From positions 1 through 57,839 of the forward strand of contig URCP01000005.1 in the NCBI GenBank assembly GCA_900546315.1: a stretch of DNA of 57,839 nucleotides, read 5' to 3'. This document shows positions 16,838-24,833 of the stretch, piece by piece; within the stretch, counting starts at the first letter, position 1, and each line of letters starts with the position of its first letter. A program made the translations under genes and the position numbers. This stretch comes from an uncultured Eubacteriales bacterium. Its GTDB lineage: Bacteria > Bacillota > Clostridia > Oscillospirales > CAG-272. Under the pieces are notes generated by a model. It was not told the origin of the DNA. It ran no database searches and worked only from the letters and a program-made list of their open reading frames with translations.

Positions 16838-18160
16838 TCATTTCAGAAAAACTTCGATAACCGGCACGATGGTGTTAGGTTTGATGACCGGGAGTTTGAA
16901 AACGAGGAGGTTGTCGGCGGTGGAGCGGCCTTCGCTGAAGTGCGAGATGTTCTTTTCTTCGAAGAGGATTTCGCTGCCGTCGTGGAGGAACTGTGCGTAG
17001 TCGACTTTGCCCGCGAAGCCGGGGAGTTCGAGATACTGGAAGGGGTATTCGAAGAGGTGGATGTAGAGGCGTTTGCCGTCTTCGCTCTGGGTGAATTTGC
17101 AGCCGTTCGGGCAGAGGGGGAGGAGGTCGGGTTCTGCCATGGTGCAGCCGTAGATGGAGCGGCTGTTGTATTTCATCCAGCCGGCGTAGGCGGCGAGGGC
17201 GGCTTCGGCGCGGTAGTCGAGGTAGCCGCGGGAGGTGGGACCGACATTCATGAGGAGGTTGCCGCCGATGGAGACGGTGTTGATGAGCATCTGGACGAGC
17301 ATTTCGGGGCTCTTCCAGGTTGTCTCGTCGCGGTGGTAGCCCCAGGAGCCGGAGAAGGTCTGGCAGGCTTCCCATGTGACGAGTTCACCGGTCGTCGCGT
17401 GGCGGACCCATTCCTTCGGCTGGTACTGTTCGGGGGTCCAGAGATCCTGTTCGATTTCGGTGCGGTTGTCGATGATTATGCCGGGCTGGAGGCGGCGGGC
17501 TGTGGCTATGAGCTCTTCAGCTTCCCAGTCATCCTTGCCCTTGCCCTTCATCCATTCCTTGCCGGGAGCGGGCTTGTTGCCGGAGTAGGAGAAGTCGAAC
17601 CAGAGGATATCTATCTTGCCGTAGTTCGTCAGGAGCTCGGTGACCTGATTTCTCATGTACTCGGCGTACTTGTGCATATCGCGGCCTTTCGATTGTTCTT
17701 CGGCGTCGGGATCGTCGCGGCGCGGGTGAAGCATATCAATCGGGAATTCAGGATGATGCCAGTCGATCAGCGAATAGTAGAAGCCGATGTGCAGTCCCTC
17801 GGCGCGGAAAGCGTCGACATACTCGCGGACAAGGTCGCGTCCCGCCGGAGTGTTCGTGCACTTATAATCGGTGTACTGCGAGTCGAACATGCAGAAGCCC
17901 TCATGATGCTTTGTCGTGAGGACGACATACTTCATCCCCGCAGCCTTGGCCTGACGCGCCCATTCCTTCGGGTCGTAGAGGTCGGGATTGAAGTGCTCGA
18001 AGTACTTCTGGTACTTCTCCTCGGGGGTGCGCTCAAAATTCTTCACCCACTCATGGCGCGCGGGAAGCGAATAGAGTCCCCAATGGATGAACATACCGAA
18101 ACGGTCATGTCTGAACCATTCAGTATCGCCGGGAGTTTTTCTCGTTACGTAGCTGGACAT
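16838..18160 (-). CDS. Alpha-L-fucosidase (GH29)
   Basis: The N-terminal RFGMFIHWGLYSLPA motif and overall GH29 pattern. The ATG at 18160 follows RBS AAGGAGGA. No signal peptide. Confidence 0.85.
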   Translation of the reverse strand: MSSYVTRKTPGDTEWFRHDRFGMFIHWGLYSLPARHEWVKNFERTPEEKYQKYFEHFNPDLYDPKEWARQAKAAGMKYVVLTTKHHEGFCMFDSQYTDYKCTNTPAGRDLVREYVDAFRAEGLHIGFYYSLIDWHHPEFPIDMLHPRRDDPDAEEQSKGRDMHKYAEYMRNQVTELLTNYGKIDILWFDFSYSGNKPAPGKEWMKGKGKDDWEAEELIATARRLQPGIIIDNRTEIEQDLWTPEQYQPKEWVRHATTGELVTWEACQTFSGSWGYHRDETTWKSPEMLVQMLINTVSIGGNLLMNVGPTSRGYLDYRAEAALAAYAGWMKYNSRSIYGCTMAEPDLLPLCPNGCKFTQSEDGKRLYIHLFEYPFQYLELPGFAGKVDYAQFLHDGSEILFEEKNISHFSEGRSTADNLLVFKLPVIKPNTIVPVIEVFLK

Positions 18161-18380
18161 TTTTTCTGTCCTCCTTATAAAAAATTTCACGTAAGTACTT
18201 GCTTTATCGGCGCGGATGGTGTATTATATATATGTATATGAAAAAAAGGTAAACCGGTAAAAATCACCGCGCCCCGCAAGCAAGTATATTATATACCATA
18301 CCACGCCGCAAAACAAGGTAATATTCAGTAAAAAGTATGGATTTTCCAGCATTTTGCGACCGCGCCAAAAAGGAACAGGC

Positions 18381-19199
18381 ATGATCATAAAAAAGGATTA
18401 CTCACTCTGCGAAAACCTGAACAACATCCAACTGAGAATAATAGACTACGGCCACGCCACCGCCGGCGGCGAATGGGTCGGCAACATCGTCACCCCGCCC
18501 TACGCCCGCCTTTACTACATAATCGGCGGCGACCCATACATAACCATCACAAGCAACGGCAAACATGCGAAAACCCTCTCCCTCGAACCAGGAAAATGCT
18601 ACCTCATGCCCACCGGCTTCTCCTTCCGCTACGCCTGCGAATCAAGCATGGAACAAATCTACTTCCACATAAACCTAACCGACTACAACGGCTCCGACCT
18701 CCTCAGATGCTGCAAAAACATGATGGAATACACCCCGCCCGCAAACATCAAAGACAAACTCATCTCCCTCATGAACACCGACGACCTCTACAGCGGACTG
18801 CTCCTGCGACAAGAACTCTACTCCTCCGTTCTCAGAATGATCGGCGACAACCACGTCGCCCTCACCTCATCCGCCTACTCCCGCTGCGTCCTCCTCGCAA
18901 TCGACTACATCCGCTCCCACCTCTCCCTCAAACTCGGCGTAAAAGAAATCGCCGCCAACTCCTTCGTCTCCGAAAGCACCCTCGCCAAAAAATTCAAATC
19001 CGAAGTCGGAATGACAATCGGCAACTATATCGACGAAACCATCCTCTTCGAATCCGAACAACTCCTCACAAAATCCGAACTCACTGTTCTGCAAATAAGC
19101 GAAAAATTCGGATTCTGCGACCAATTCTACTTCTCCCGACGCTTCAAAGCAAAATACGGCGATACTCCTCAGAAGTACCGCCGGCAAAGACCTATATGA
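18381..19199 (+). CDS. AraC-family transcriptional regulator (cupin-like sensor + HTH)
   Basis: C-terminal AraC HTH (ISEKFGFCDQFYFSRRFKAKYGDTPQKYR). Paralogue of 20404-21213. Codon usage is extremely G-poor. Confidence 0.85.
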   Translation: MIIKKDYSLCENLNNIQLRIIDYGHATAGGEWVGNIVTPPYARLYYIIGGDPYITITSNGKHAKTLSLEPGKCYLMPTGFSFRYACESSMEQIYFHINLTDYNGSDLLRCCKNMMEYTPPANIKDKLISLMNTDDLYSGLLLRQELYSSVLRMIGDNHVALTSSAYSRCVLLAIDYIRSHLSLKLGVKEIAANSFVSESTLAKKFKSEVGMTIGNYIDETILFESEQLLTKSELTVLQISEKFGFCDQFYFSRRFKAKYGDTPQKYRRQRPI

Positions 19200-19218
19200 G
19201 TGCGATGCGCCAGCTTGC

Positions 19219-19300
19219 GGGGGAGAAAGGACCCTTTGAAAAGGGTCCTCTCTCCCCCGCCCCCCTCTCTCCCTCAAACTTTATACATTATTGAGGAAAG
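19219..19300 (+). repeat. Hairpin plus pyrimidine-tract repeat, copy 2 (3' of the AraC gene)
   Basis: GGGGGAGAAAGGACCC-TTTGAAAA-GGGTCCTCTCTCCCCC, then GCCCCCCTCTCTCCCTCAAACTTTATACA. Confidence 0.65.
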
Positions 19301-19316
19301 AAGCATTATTCTGAAT

Positions 19317-20270
19317 TCACACACTCTTTTTACGGAGGACAGCCACAGCCGCGCACGCCACTGCAAAGGCAGCCACGGATACCGCAAGGGACACGTCGGA
19401 CGTTGCCGCCGCTGGAGTATCAGCCGCCGCGTCAACCGTCTTCACCTCAAGAGGCTTCTCAGACATTCCGGTCCAGATGCGGATGTTGTCTATCTCAGCC
19501 TTAATGAGCTTCGACGCCTTGAAGCAGATCGCGTAAGAATCTATCGTATTCCACTGATCCTGGTTCGCCTGCATATCCGACGCCTTGACGCCGTTGACAT
19601 AAACGGTCGGTCCCTTCTCTATCGAAGTTTCGACACGCACAGTCACCTTGCGATCCTTGAGAAGCATCCCGTCCTCCTGGAACTTGTCCCCGAACAACTG
19701 AGTGATTATAGCCGTATCATCAGTCGCGCGCAGCGGGCAGGTCGTATCATTATAATGAATCCACGAATCCCCGTGCCTCGTCTGGTTGTAACCGTCGCCG
19801 CGGATACGCATATCCACCGTGTTGTAATTGTCGACCCCGTCATAGTTGCAAAGCAGCGACACATACCTCGAAGTATTCCCCGCGTCGCGGTAAGTCACGT
19901 CATACTCATAAGTATAATCCTGATTGCAGACCTTCTTAAGGTAATCGCTGTCCATGATAAGCGCGTAAGAATCCTCACTCGAATCGTCAAGATTATCAAC
20001 GTACAGCTTGCCATCGGCAATCGAGAGCTTCATTGTGAAGGTTCTGAGCCCCTCTGCCTTTGTCCATCCGAGCACATCAAGCGCCTTTTCGGTGCTGGCA
20101 GCTGTTTTCCCCTCGAAATCCTCGCTGTAGATAAGCGTTCCCGCCGGAAGCTTCGAAGCGTCCGGAGCGCTGTCCTGCATAACCCCGGCGGACACAGGTC
20201 CCGCCATCATAGCCGCGCAGACCGTTCCCGCCATAATCATCGACGCGAGTGCCTTGTTCATTCTTTTCAT
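19317..20270 (-). CDS. Secreted protein with a possible LamG/concanavalin-like fold and a C-terminal hydrophobic anchor
   Basis: Signal peptide MKRMNKALASMIMAGTVCAAMMAGPVSAG. The C-terminus is VSLAVSVAAFAVACAAVAVLRKKSV with no LPXTG. The fold assignment is a weak impression (IDNIRIW-type ending). Confidence 0.45.
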   Translation of the reverse strand: MKRMNKALASMIMAGTVCAAMMAGPVSAGVMQDSAPDASKLPAGTLIYSEDFEGKTAASTEKALDVLGWTKAEGLRTFTMKLSIADGKLYVDNLDDSSEDSYALIMDSDYLKKVCNQDYTYEYDVTYRDAGNTSRYVSLLCNYDGVDNYNTVDMRIRGDGYNQTRHGDSWIHYNDTTCPLRATDDTAIITQLFGDKFQEDGMLLKDRKVTVRVETSIEKGPTVYVNGVKASDMQANQDQWNTIDSYAICFKASKLIKAEIDNIRIWTGMSEKPLEVKTVDAAADTPAAATSDVSLAVSVAAFAVACAAVAVLRKKSV

Positions 20271-20403
20271 CTTGTTTTCCTGCCTTTCATAAAAATATGA
20301 TTCTCTCATCTGTCCGGCTCCAACCGGACCTCGTATATCAATTATATACTATTGCAGGCAGTTATTCAATGCAATAATGTTCATAAAATATGGAGATTTG
20401 GCT

Positions 20404-21213
20404 ATGCTGTTAAAAACCAACGAACTCTGTGCCGACGCCGTCAACAATATATCGGTAGAAATCCTGATAAGCGGCTATCTGATTGCCGGCACCGAATGGT
20501 ACAAGACCCGCTCTCTCCCGCCGCACTACTCAAAGCTCTACTTCATCCTCGGCGGCGACGCCTACATAATAAGCGGTGGAAAGCGCACCGACCTCCGCCC
20601 CGGACACGCCTACCTCATCCCGTCCGACCTCATCTACGACAATGGCTGCGAAACCGGCATACATTTCCTGTATTTCAACATCCGCCTTGTCAACTCGAGC
20701 GGATACGACTTTCTCGCCGAATACCCATATCCGCTCGAATGCGAATATCCCGCGGAAAAGACGCTCGAACTCGTCTCAAAATATCTCTCCCCCGACCTCT
20801 CCGACTCACTCTCACTGAAATCGGAACTCATGCGCGTCCTGTTAAACCTCCTCTCCGGCGCGCCGGAAGTGAAGCTGACGACGCACCGCTACTCTTCCGA
20901 GGTGTCAAGAGCCCTCGGATACATCCATGAGAACCTGTCGATCAACATGACGACCGGCGACATCTGCAAAGCCATCTTCGCCGCCCGTTCGACACTGAAG
21001 AAAAAATTCTCCGAGGAAGTCGGGATGCCGATCGGCACATACATCGACACCGAAGTCATGTCCGGCTGCCGCCAGCTCCTGATCGAGACGGATATGCAGA
21101 TCTCCCGCATCAGCGAACGCTACGGTTTCTGCGACCAGTTCTACTTTTCAAGGCGCTTCAAGGAAAAGTTCGGCGTGACGCCGCAGAAATACCGGAAAAT
21201 GAACTCGCTCTGA
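20404..21213 (+). CDS. AraC-family transcriptional regulator
   Basis: HTH ISERYGFCDQFYFSRRFKEKFGVTPQKYRK. RBS GGAGA lies 7 nt before the ATG at 20404. Confidence 0.85.
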   Translation: MLLKTNELCADAVNNISVEILISGYLIAGTEWYKTRSLPPHYSKLYFILGGDAYIISGGKRTDLRPGHAYLIPSDLIYDNGCETGIHFLYFNIRLVNSSGYDFLAEYPYPLECEYPAEKTLELVSKYLSPDLSDSLSLKSELMRVLLNLLSGAPEVKLTTHRYSSEVSRALGYIHENLSINMTTGDICKAIFAARSTLKKKFSEEVGMPIGTYIDTEVMSGCRQLLIETDMQISRISERYGFCDQFYFSRRFKEKFGVTPQKYRKMNSL

Positions 21214-21245
21214 CACGATTTCCCGCCGGTACAAATCTCCATACA

Positions 21246-21278
21246 AAAATGTCGCCCGTTCTCACGCGCGACATTTTT
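21246..21278. terminator. Bidirectional terminator between the AraC and thioesterase genes
   Basis: AAAAATGTCGC-12 nt-GCGACATTTTT. Confidence 0.7.
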
Positions 21279-21324
21279 AATTCATTATTGATAGTTCATT
21301 GTCAGCCTCACAACAATGAGCTTA

Positions 21325-22038
21325 TCACTCAAGCGTCATGATAGCCTCGACGTTGATCTGACCATCGCTCCGCACCGTGCGGAAATAGTACATACCCTCG
21401 CTCTCGGTCATATACACCTTCAGCACCTCGCCGAGTCTCGCCTCATGTGCGAAGCTGATCCCGAGGGAAGCGACCCGCCGTCCGACCATATCCGGCACGA
21501 AATCACACAGCATATCCGGATAATTCGTGTTATTCATATGATTGTTATAGTCAAGGTCACTGTAAACGATAGTCCTCTCGCCGACCAGAGCCAGATTCAG
21601 CTCCCGCGGGATATGAACCCTCTTCGGCGCGTCGAGCTCAAGCGGCTCGTCGGTTCCGAACCCGAGCTTTATATCCTCGATGCGGTACAGCTTATGATCC
21701 TCAATCCCCACGAGCCCCCAGACCGAGGACGCCTCCGCCATGATCTCGTGACCGCGCCGTATCTGATAGCACCGGTTGAAGCTGACCCCGCGGCTCTCGC
21801 ACCCCCACGACGAAACCTCGATCTCGTCGCCGGCGTAAAGCGGATTATACAGACTCATATTTATCCGGCTGAGCAGAAACGCCCTGCCCTCGTCCCGGAG
21901 CTGCTCATTCGTCGGACCAAGATTCTTCATCTGCAAATTCGCCGTCTCCTGCATATATCTCAGCACAAGAGAAGCCCTCACGAACCCCGCCGGGTCGCAG
22001 TCATGAGTATTGATACGGTATTTTTCCGTCCATTTCAT
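21325..22038 (-). CDS. Acyl-[acyl-carrier-protein] thioesterase
   Basis: Double hot-dog Acyl-ACP_TE pattern (YRINTHDCDPAGFVRASLVLRYMQE...). Confidence 0.8.
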   Translation of the reverse strand: MKWTEKYRINTHDCDPAGFVRASLVLRYMQETANLQMKNLGPTNEQLRDEGRAFLLSRINMSLYNPLYAGDEIEVSSWGCESRGVSFNRCYQIRRGHEIMAEASSVWGLVGIEDHKLYRIEDIKLGFGTDEPLELDAPKRVHIPRELNLALVGERTIVYSDLDYNNHMNNTNYPDMLCDFVPDMVGRRVASLGISFAHEARLGEVLKVYMTESEGMYYFRTVRSDGQINVEAIMTLE

Positions 22039-22124
22039 AGTTTTGAATCTATCCTTTCCCCGGATTCAACCGCGGCGCCGGAAGAAAGACCTCCCGGCGC
22101 CGCGCGTCTGTTTTTTTATGTTAA

Positions 22125-23090
22125 TTAAAGAGTGTTCTGCGAACCAAGAACAGTGGTGATCTTGTGGTAAACCATCTTCTTAACCTCATCGCGGGCGACG
22201 GAGAGGTAAGTACGGGGATCGAACACCTCGGGCTGGTTGTGCATGACGCGGCGGATACCGGCGGTCATAGCGAGACGGATATCGGAGTCGATATTGATCT
22301 TGCAGACTGCCATCTTCGCTGCCTGACGGAGCTCCTCCTCCGGAATACCGATAGCGTCCGGAAGCTTGCCGCCGATGGAGTTGATCTCCTTGACATACTC
22401 CTGCGGAACGCTCGAAGCGCCGTGAAGAACGATCGGGAAGCCCGGAAGTCTCTTAGCGACCTCTTCAAGAATATCAAAACGAAGCGGAGGCGGAACGAGA
22501 ACGCCGTCAGCGTTCCTTGTGCACTGCTCCGGCTTGAACTTATAAGCGCCGTGGGAAGTACCGATAGCGATAGCGAGCGAGTCAACGCCGGTCTTGGTAA
22601 CGAACTCCTCGACCTCTTCCGGACGGGTGTAAGACGAATCAGCCGCGGAAACCTTGACGTCATCCTCAACGCCCGCGAGTCTTCCGAGCTCACCCTCAAC
22701 GACGACGCCATGCGCGTGAGCATACTCAACAACCTTCTTGGTAACAGCGATGTTATCCTCGAAGGAATGATGCGAACCATCGATCATGACAGAAGTGAAT
22801 CCGCCGTCGATGCAAGCCTTGCAGATCTCAAAATCAGCGCCGTGGTCAAGGTGAAGAGCAAGATCAATGCCCGAATCCTTGATAGCAGCCTGAGCAAGCG
22901 CCATCAGATACTCCTGCTTAGCGTACTTTCTCGCGCCGGCGGAAACCTGAAGAATAACCGGAGACTTAGCCTCTCCGGCAGCCTCAGCGATCGCCTGAAC
23001 GATCTCCATATTATTGATGTTGAAAGCGCCGATAGCATATCCGCCAGCGTAAGCCTTCTTGAACATCTCAGTAGTAGTTACAAGTGCCAT
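22125..23090 (-). CDS. fba: Class II fructose-1,6-bisphosphate aldolase
   Basis: AFNINNMEIVQAI, LHLDHG and SHGAYK motifs. Codon usage is of the highly expressed type. Confidence 0.9.
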   Translation of the reverse strand: MALVTTTEMFKKAYAGGYAIGAFNINNMEIVQAIAEAAGEAKSPVILQVSAGARKYAKQEYLMALAQAAIKDSGIDLALHLDHGADFEICKACIDGGFTSVMIDGSHHSFEDNIAVTKKVVEYAHAHGVVVEGELGRLAGVEDDVKVSAADSSYTRPEEVEEFVTKTGVDSLAIAIGTSHGAYKFKPEQCTRNADGVLVPPPLRFDILEEVAKRLPGFPIVLHGASSVPQEYVKEINSIGGKLPDAIGIPEEELRQAAKMAVCKINIDSDIRLAMTAGIRRVMHNQPEVFDPRTYLSVARDEVKKMVYHKITTVLGSQNTL

Positions 23091-23170
23091 TGTAAATGAC
23101 CATTCCTTTCATAATATCCACAGCGCCCGGCAAAACCCCCGCGCGCCGCTTTTCATATCATTACTATAAT

Positions 23171-23199
23171 ATTGTACTCCATTCCCACCCCATTTTCAA
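23171..23199 (-). promoter_or_regulatory. fba promoter
   Basis: Minus strand reads TTGAAA, 17 bp, then TACAAT. Confidence 0.5.
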
Positions 23200-23225
23200 C
23201 CCCTTTCCTCAAAAAAAATGTTAAT

Positions 23226-23363
23226 TTTTATAGTCAGAGTTCGTAAGTGCGCCGCCATTCGTCCGCGGCTCATCAGACATCCTGCGTCGCAGAGTTTTAT
23301 AGTCAAGGTTAGCTTGTACGCCGCCGTTTGTCCGCGGCTCATCAGACATCCTGCGCCGCATAG
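23226..23363. repeat. Tandem direct repeat, 2 x 69 bp
   Basis: Units are 23226-23294 and 23295-23363, with about 57 of 69 positions identical. The core GTCCGCGGCTCATCAGACATCCTGCG is identical in both. Confidence 0.85.
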
Positions 23364-23372
23364 TTGTTTTTT

Positions 23373-24107
23373 TCAGAAATTTATCATTGAGAACAACGAC
23401 GCGAGGACAACCGTCAGAAGACCGCAGACCGCTATCGACAGACCGCTCATCGCCTCCTGCACCTCTCCGAGCTCAGACGCCCTCGACGTACCCATAGCGT
23501 GCGCGCCTGTCCCGCAGGCGAGCCCCTGCGCCACCGGGTCTTTTATCCTGAACAGACGGAATATGAACTCCGCAGCCACATTTCCGAATATACCGGTAAG
23601 TATGATCACCGCCACCGTCACCGGCGCCAGACCGCCAAGCTCCTCCGACAGCCCCATCCCTATCGCCGTGGTTATCGACTTCGGCAGCATCGTCACATAC
23701 TGCTCATGCGTCAGACCGAAAGCAACAGACAAGCCGAGCACACTTCCAAGACAAGCCACAGTTCCCGAAAGTATCCCGCCGAACACCGCTAGCGGATACT
23801 TCTTAAGATATGACAGCTTCTCGTAAAGCGGTATAGCGAGACAGACCGTCGTCGGCGTCAGCATATTCTGGAAGAACGCCGCCCCGGTTCCGTCAAAGGT
23901 CCCATCCGCCTTCAGCCCGCCGTACATGAAAACATTCGTGTCAATCCCCGTCGCGAGCAATATCGCGATCACCGCGAGACAGGTGACAAGCAGCGGGTTG
24001 AGTATCGCGAGCCGCGTCTTCTTCTGGAGCCACAGCGCGAAAACGTATACCGCCGCCGTCAGGAAAACCCCGAAGAACGACATTCCGGCAACAGCCTCAT
24101 TTATCAT
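23373..24107 (-). CDS. lrgB: LrgB/CidB-family membrane protein
   Basis: 244 aa, polytopic, with LrgB-like sequence. It overlaps the upstream lrgA by 11 nt. Confidence 0.8.
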   Translation of the reverse strand: MINEAVAGMSFFGVFLTAAVYVFALWLQKKTRLAILNPLLVTCLAVIAILLATGIDTNVFMYGGLKADGTFDGTGAAFFQNMLTPTTVCLAIPLYEKLSYLKKYPLAVFGGILSGTVACLGSVLGLSVAFGLTHEQYVTMLPKSITTAIGMGLSEELGGLAPVTVAVIILTGIFGNVAAEFIFRLFRIKDPVAQGLACGTGAHAMGTSRASELGEVQEAMSGLSIAVCGLLTVVLASLFSMINF

Positions 24108-24477
24108 TGTGACGTCTCTCCTTTCTCTTTCTCTCCTCGACGCGCATGAGTCCCTCCGCGGTCTTGCCGGTGACGACCATAGTCAGCGGCGTCGTCACGA
24201 GCACGATCACTATTATCGGTATAATGAACCCGCGGTAGCTGTCGAACCCGGAGATCAGCCCCGCCGTCGGCGCGACGAACATTATAGGCATCAGCGCGAT
24301 CAGCCAGTCGCCGACCGCCTTCACCTCATGTATCTTCACGACGCCGGTCATAAGCAGCGCCAGCATCAGAAGAAGTCCGTAAATGCTCCCCGGCACCGGC
24401 AGCGGTATCAACGAGTGCAGCGCCTCCCCCGCAAAGGAGACCGCGAGAATTATCGCTATCTGTTTCAGATGTTTCAT
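24097..24477 (-). CDS. lrgA: CidA/LrgA-family holin-like protein
   Basis: 126 aa with about 4 TM segments. It pairs with lrgB. Confidence 0.8.
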   Translation of the reverse strand: MKHLKQIAIILAVSFAGEALHSLIPLPVPGSIYGLLLMLALLMTGVVKIHEVKAVGDWLIALMPIMFVAPTAGLISGFDSYRGFIIPIIVIVLVTTPLTMVVTGKTAEGLMRVEERKRKERRHNDK

Positions 24478-24541
24478 GATATCCTTTCACAACCGGCGGA
24501 GATCATCTCCGCCATTCAAGCCTCAGATTTTTCCACAGAAT

Positions 24542-24570
24542 ATTGTATCATTTTTGGCGTCCCGTGTCAA
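24542..24570 (-). promoter_or_regulatory. lrgAB promoter
   Basis: Minus strand reads TTGACA, 17 bp, then TGaTACAAT. Confidence 0.55.
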
Positions 24571-24652
24571 TACCCCTATAAGACACAAGTATACAAAAAA
24601 GCATACACGGTTTTATTTAGAACGCCGAATTATCAGTGATTTATCTCCGGCC

Positions 24653-24681
24653 TTGACAAACGACACTAGATATGGTATCAT
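24653..24681 (+). promoter_or_regulatory. nrdDG promoter
   Basis: TTGACA (24653-24658), 17 bp, then TGgTATCAT (24673-24681). Confidence 0.6.
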
Positions 24682-24710
24682 ATAAGGGCATCCTACACTA
24701 CGGGTAGTGT
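24663..24710 (+). promoter_or_regulatory. Two tandem NrdR boxes
   Basis: ACACTAGATATGGTAT (24663-24678) and the palindromic ACACTACGGGTAGTGT (24695-24710), 32 bp start to start. Box 1 overlaps the spacer and -10. Confidence 0.7.
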
Positions 24711-24833
24711 AGGCGTCGATATATGAGCTTTTATGACCGCCGCACGACATGGCTGACGCCGTGCGGTTTTACATACTCAAAAGCGGACCCGTTAAGGGAC
24801 AAAGACACACTTTCGGAAAGGACCAGAACCATA

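Noticed and set aside
16730-18241. 503-aa plus-strand ORF antisense to the fucosidase gene, with a Gly/Ala/Val/Glu/Phe-rich first ~270 aa.
   Set aside because: It has low-complexity composition and no RBS or recognisable domain. It exactly shadows a well-supported GH29 gene on the other strand. It is a by-product of the extreme G+T skew of this tract.
18218-18245. A dif-like site (GGTGTATTATATATATGTATATGAAAAA) at the point where skew polarity flips.
   Set aside because: Only the first four bases and scattered positions match E. coli or B. subtilis dif. The XerD-arm TTATGT(T/A)AA(A/C)T is not present in register. It is more simply an AT-rich divergent promoter region.
18473-19294. 273-aa Pro/Arg/His/Thr-rich plus-strand ORF, and a 136-aa minus-strand ORF (18867-19277), both overlapping the AraC gene.
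   Set aside because: These are alternative frames of a confidently identified AraC regulator. Stop codons are rare in every frame because the segment is so G-poor.
23226-23363. A possible hammerhead ribozyme, because each 69-bp unit contains CTGATGAG...GAA on the minus strand.
   Set aside because: The segment between CUGAUGA and GAA (GCCGCGGAC) cannot form a stem II hairpin, since CCGCGG is a loop-less palindrome. I could not build flanking stems I and III or a cleavage-site triplet.
24478-24833. A cobalamin riboswitch upstream of nrdD, as seen in some anaerobes.
   Set aside because: The leader is too short (~150 nt after the promoter) and lacks a B12-box. The NrdR boxes explain the regulation.
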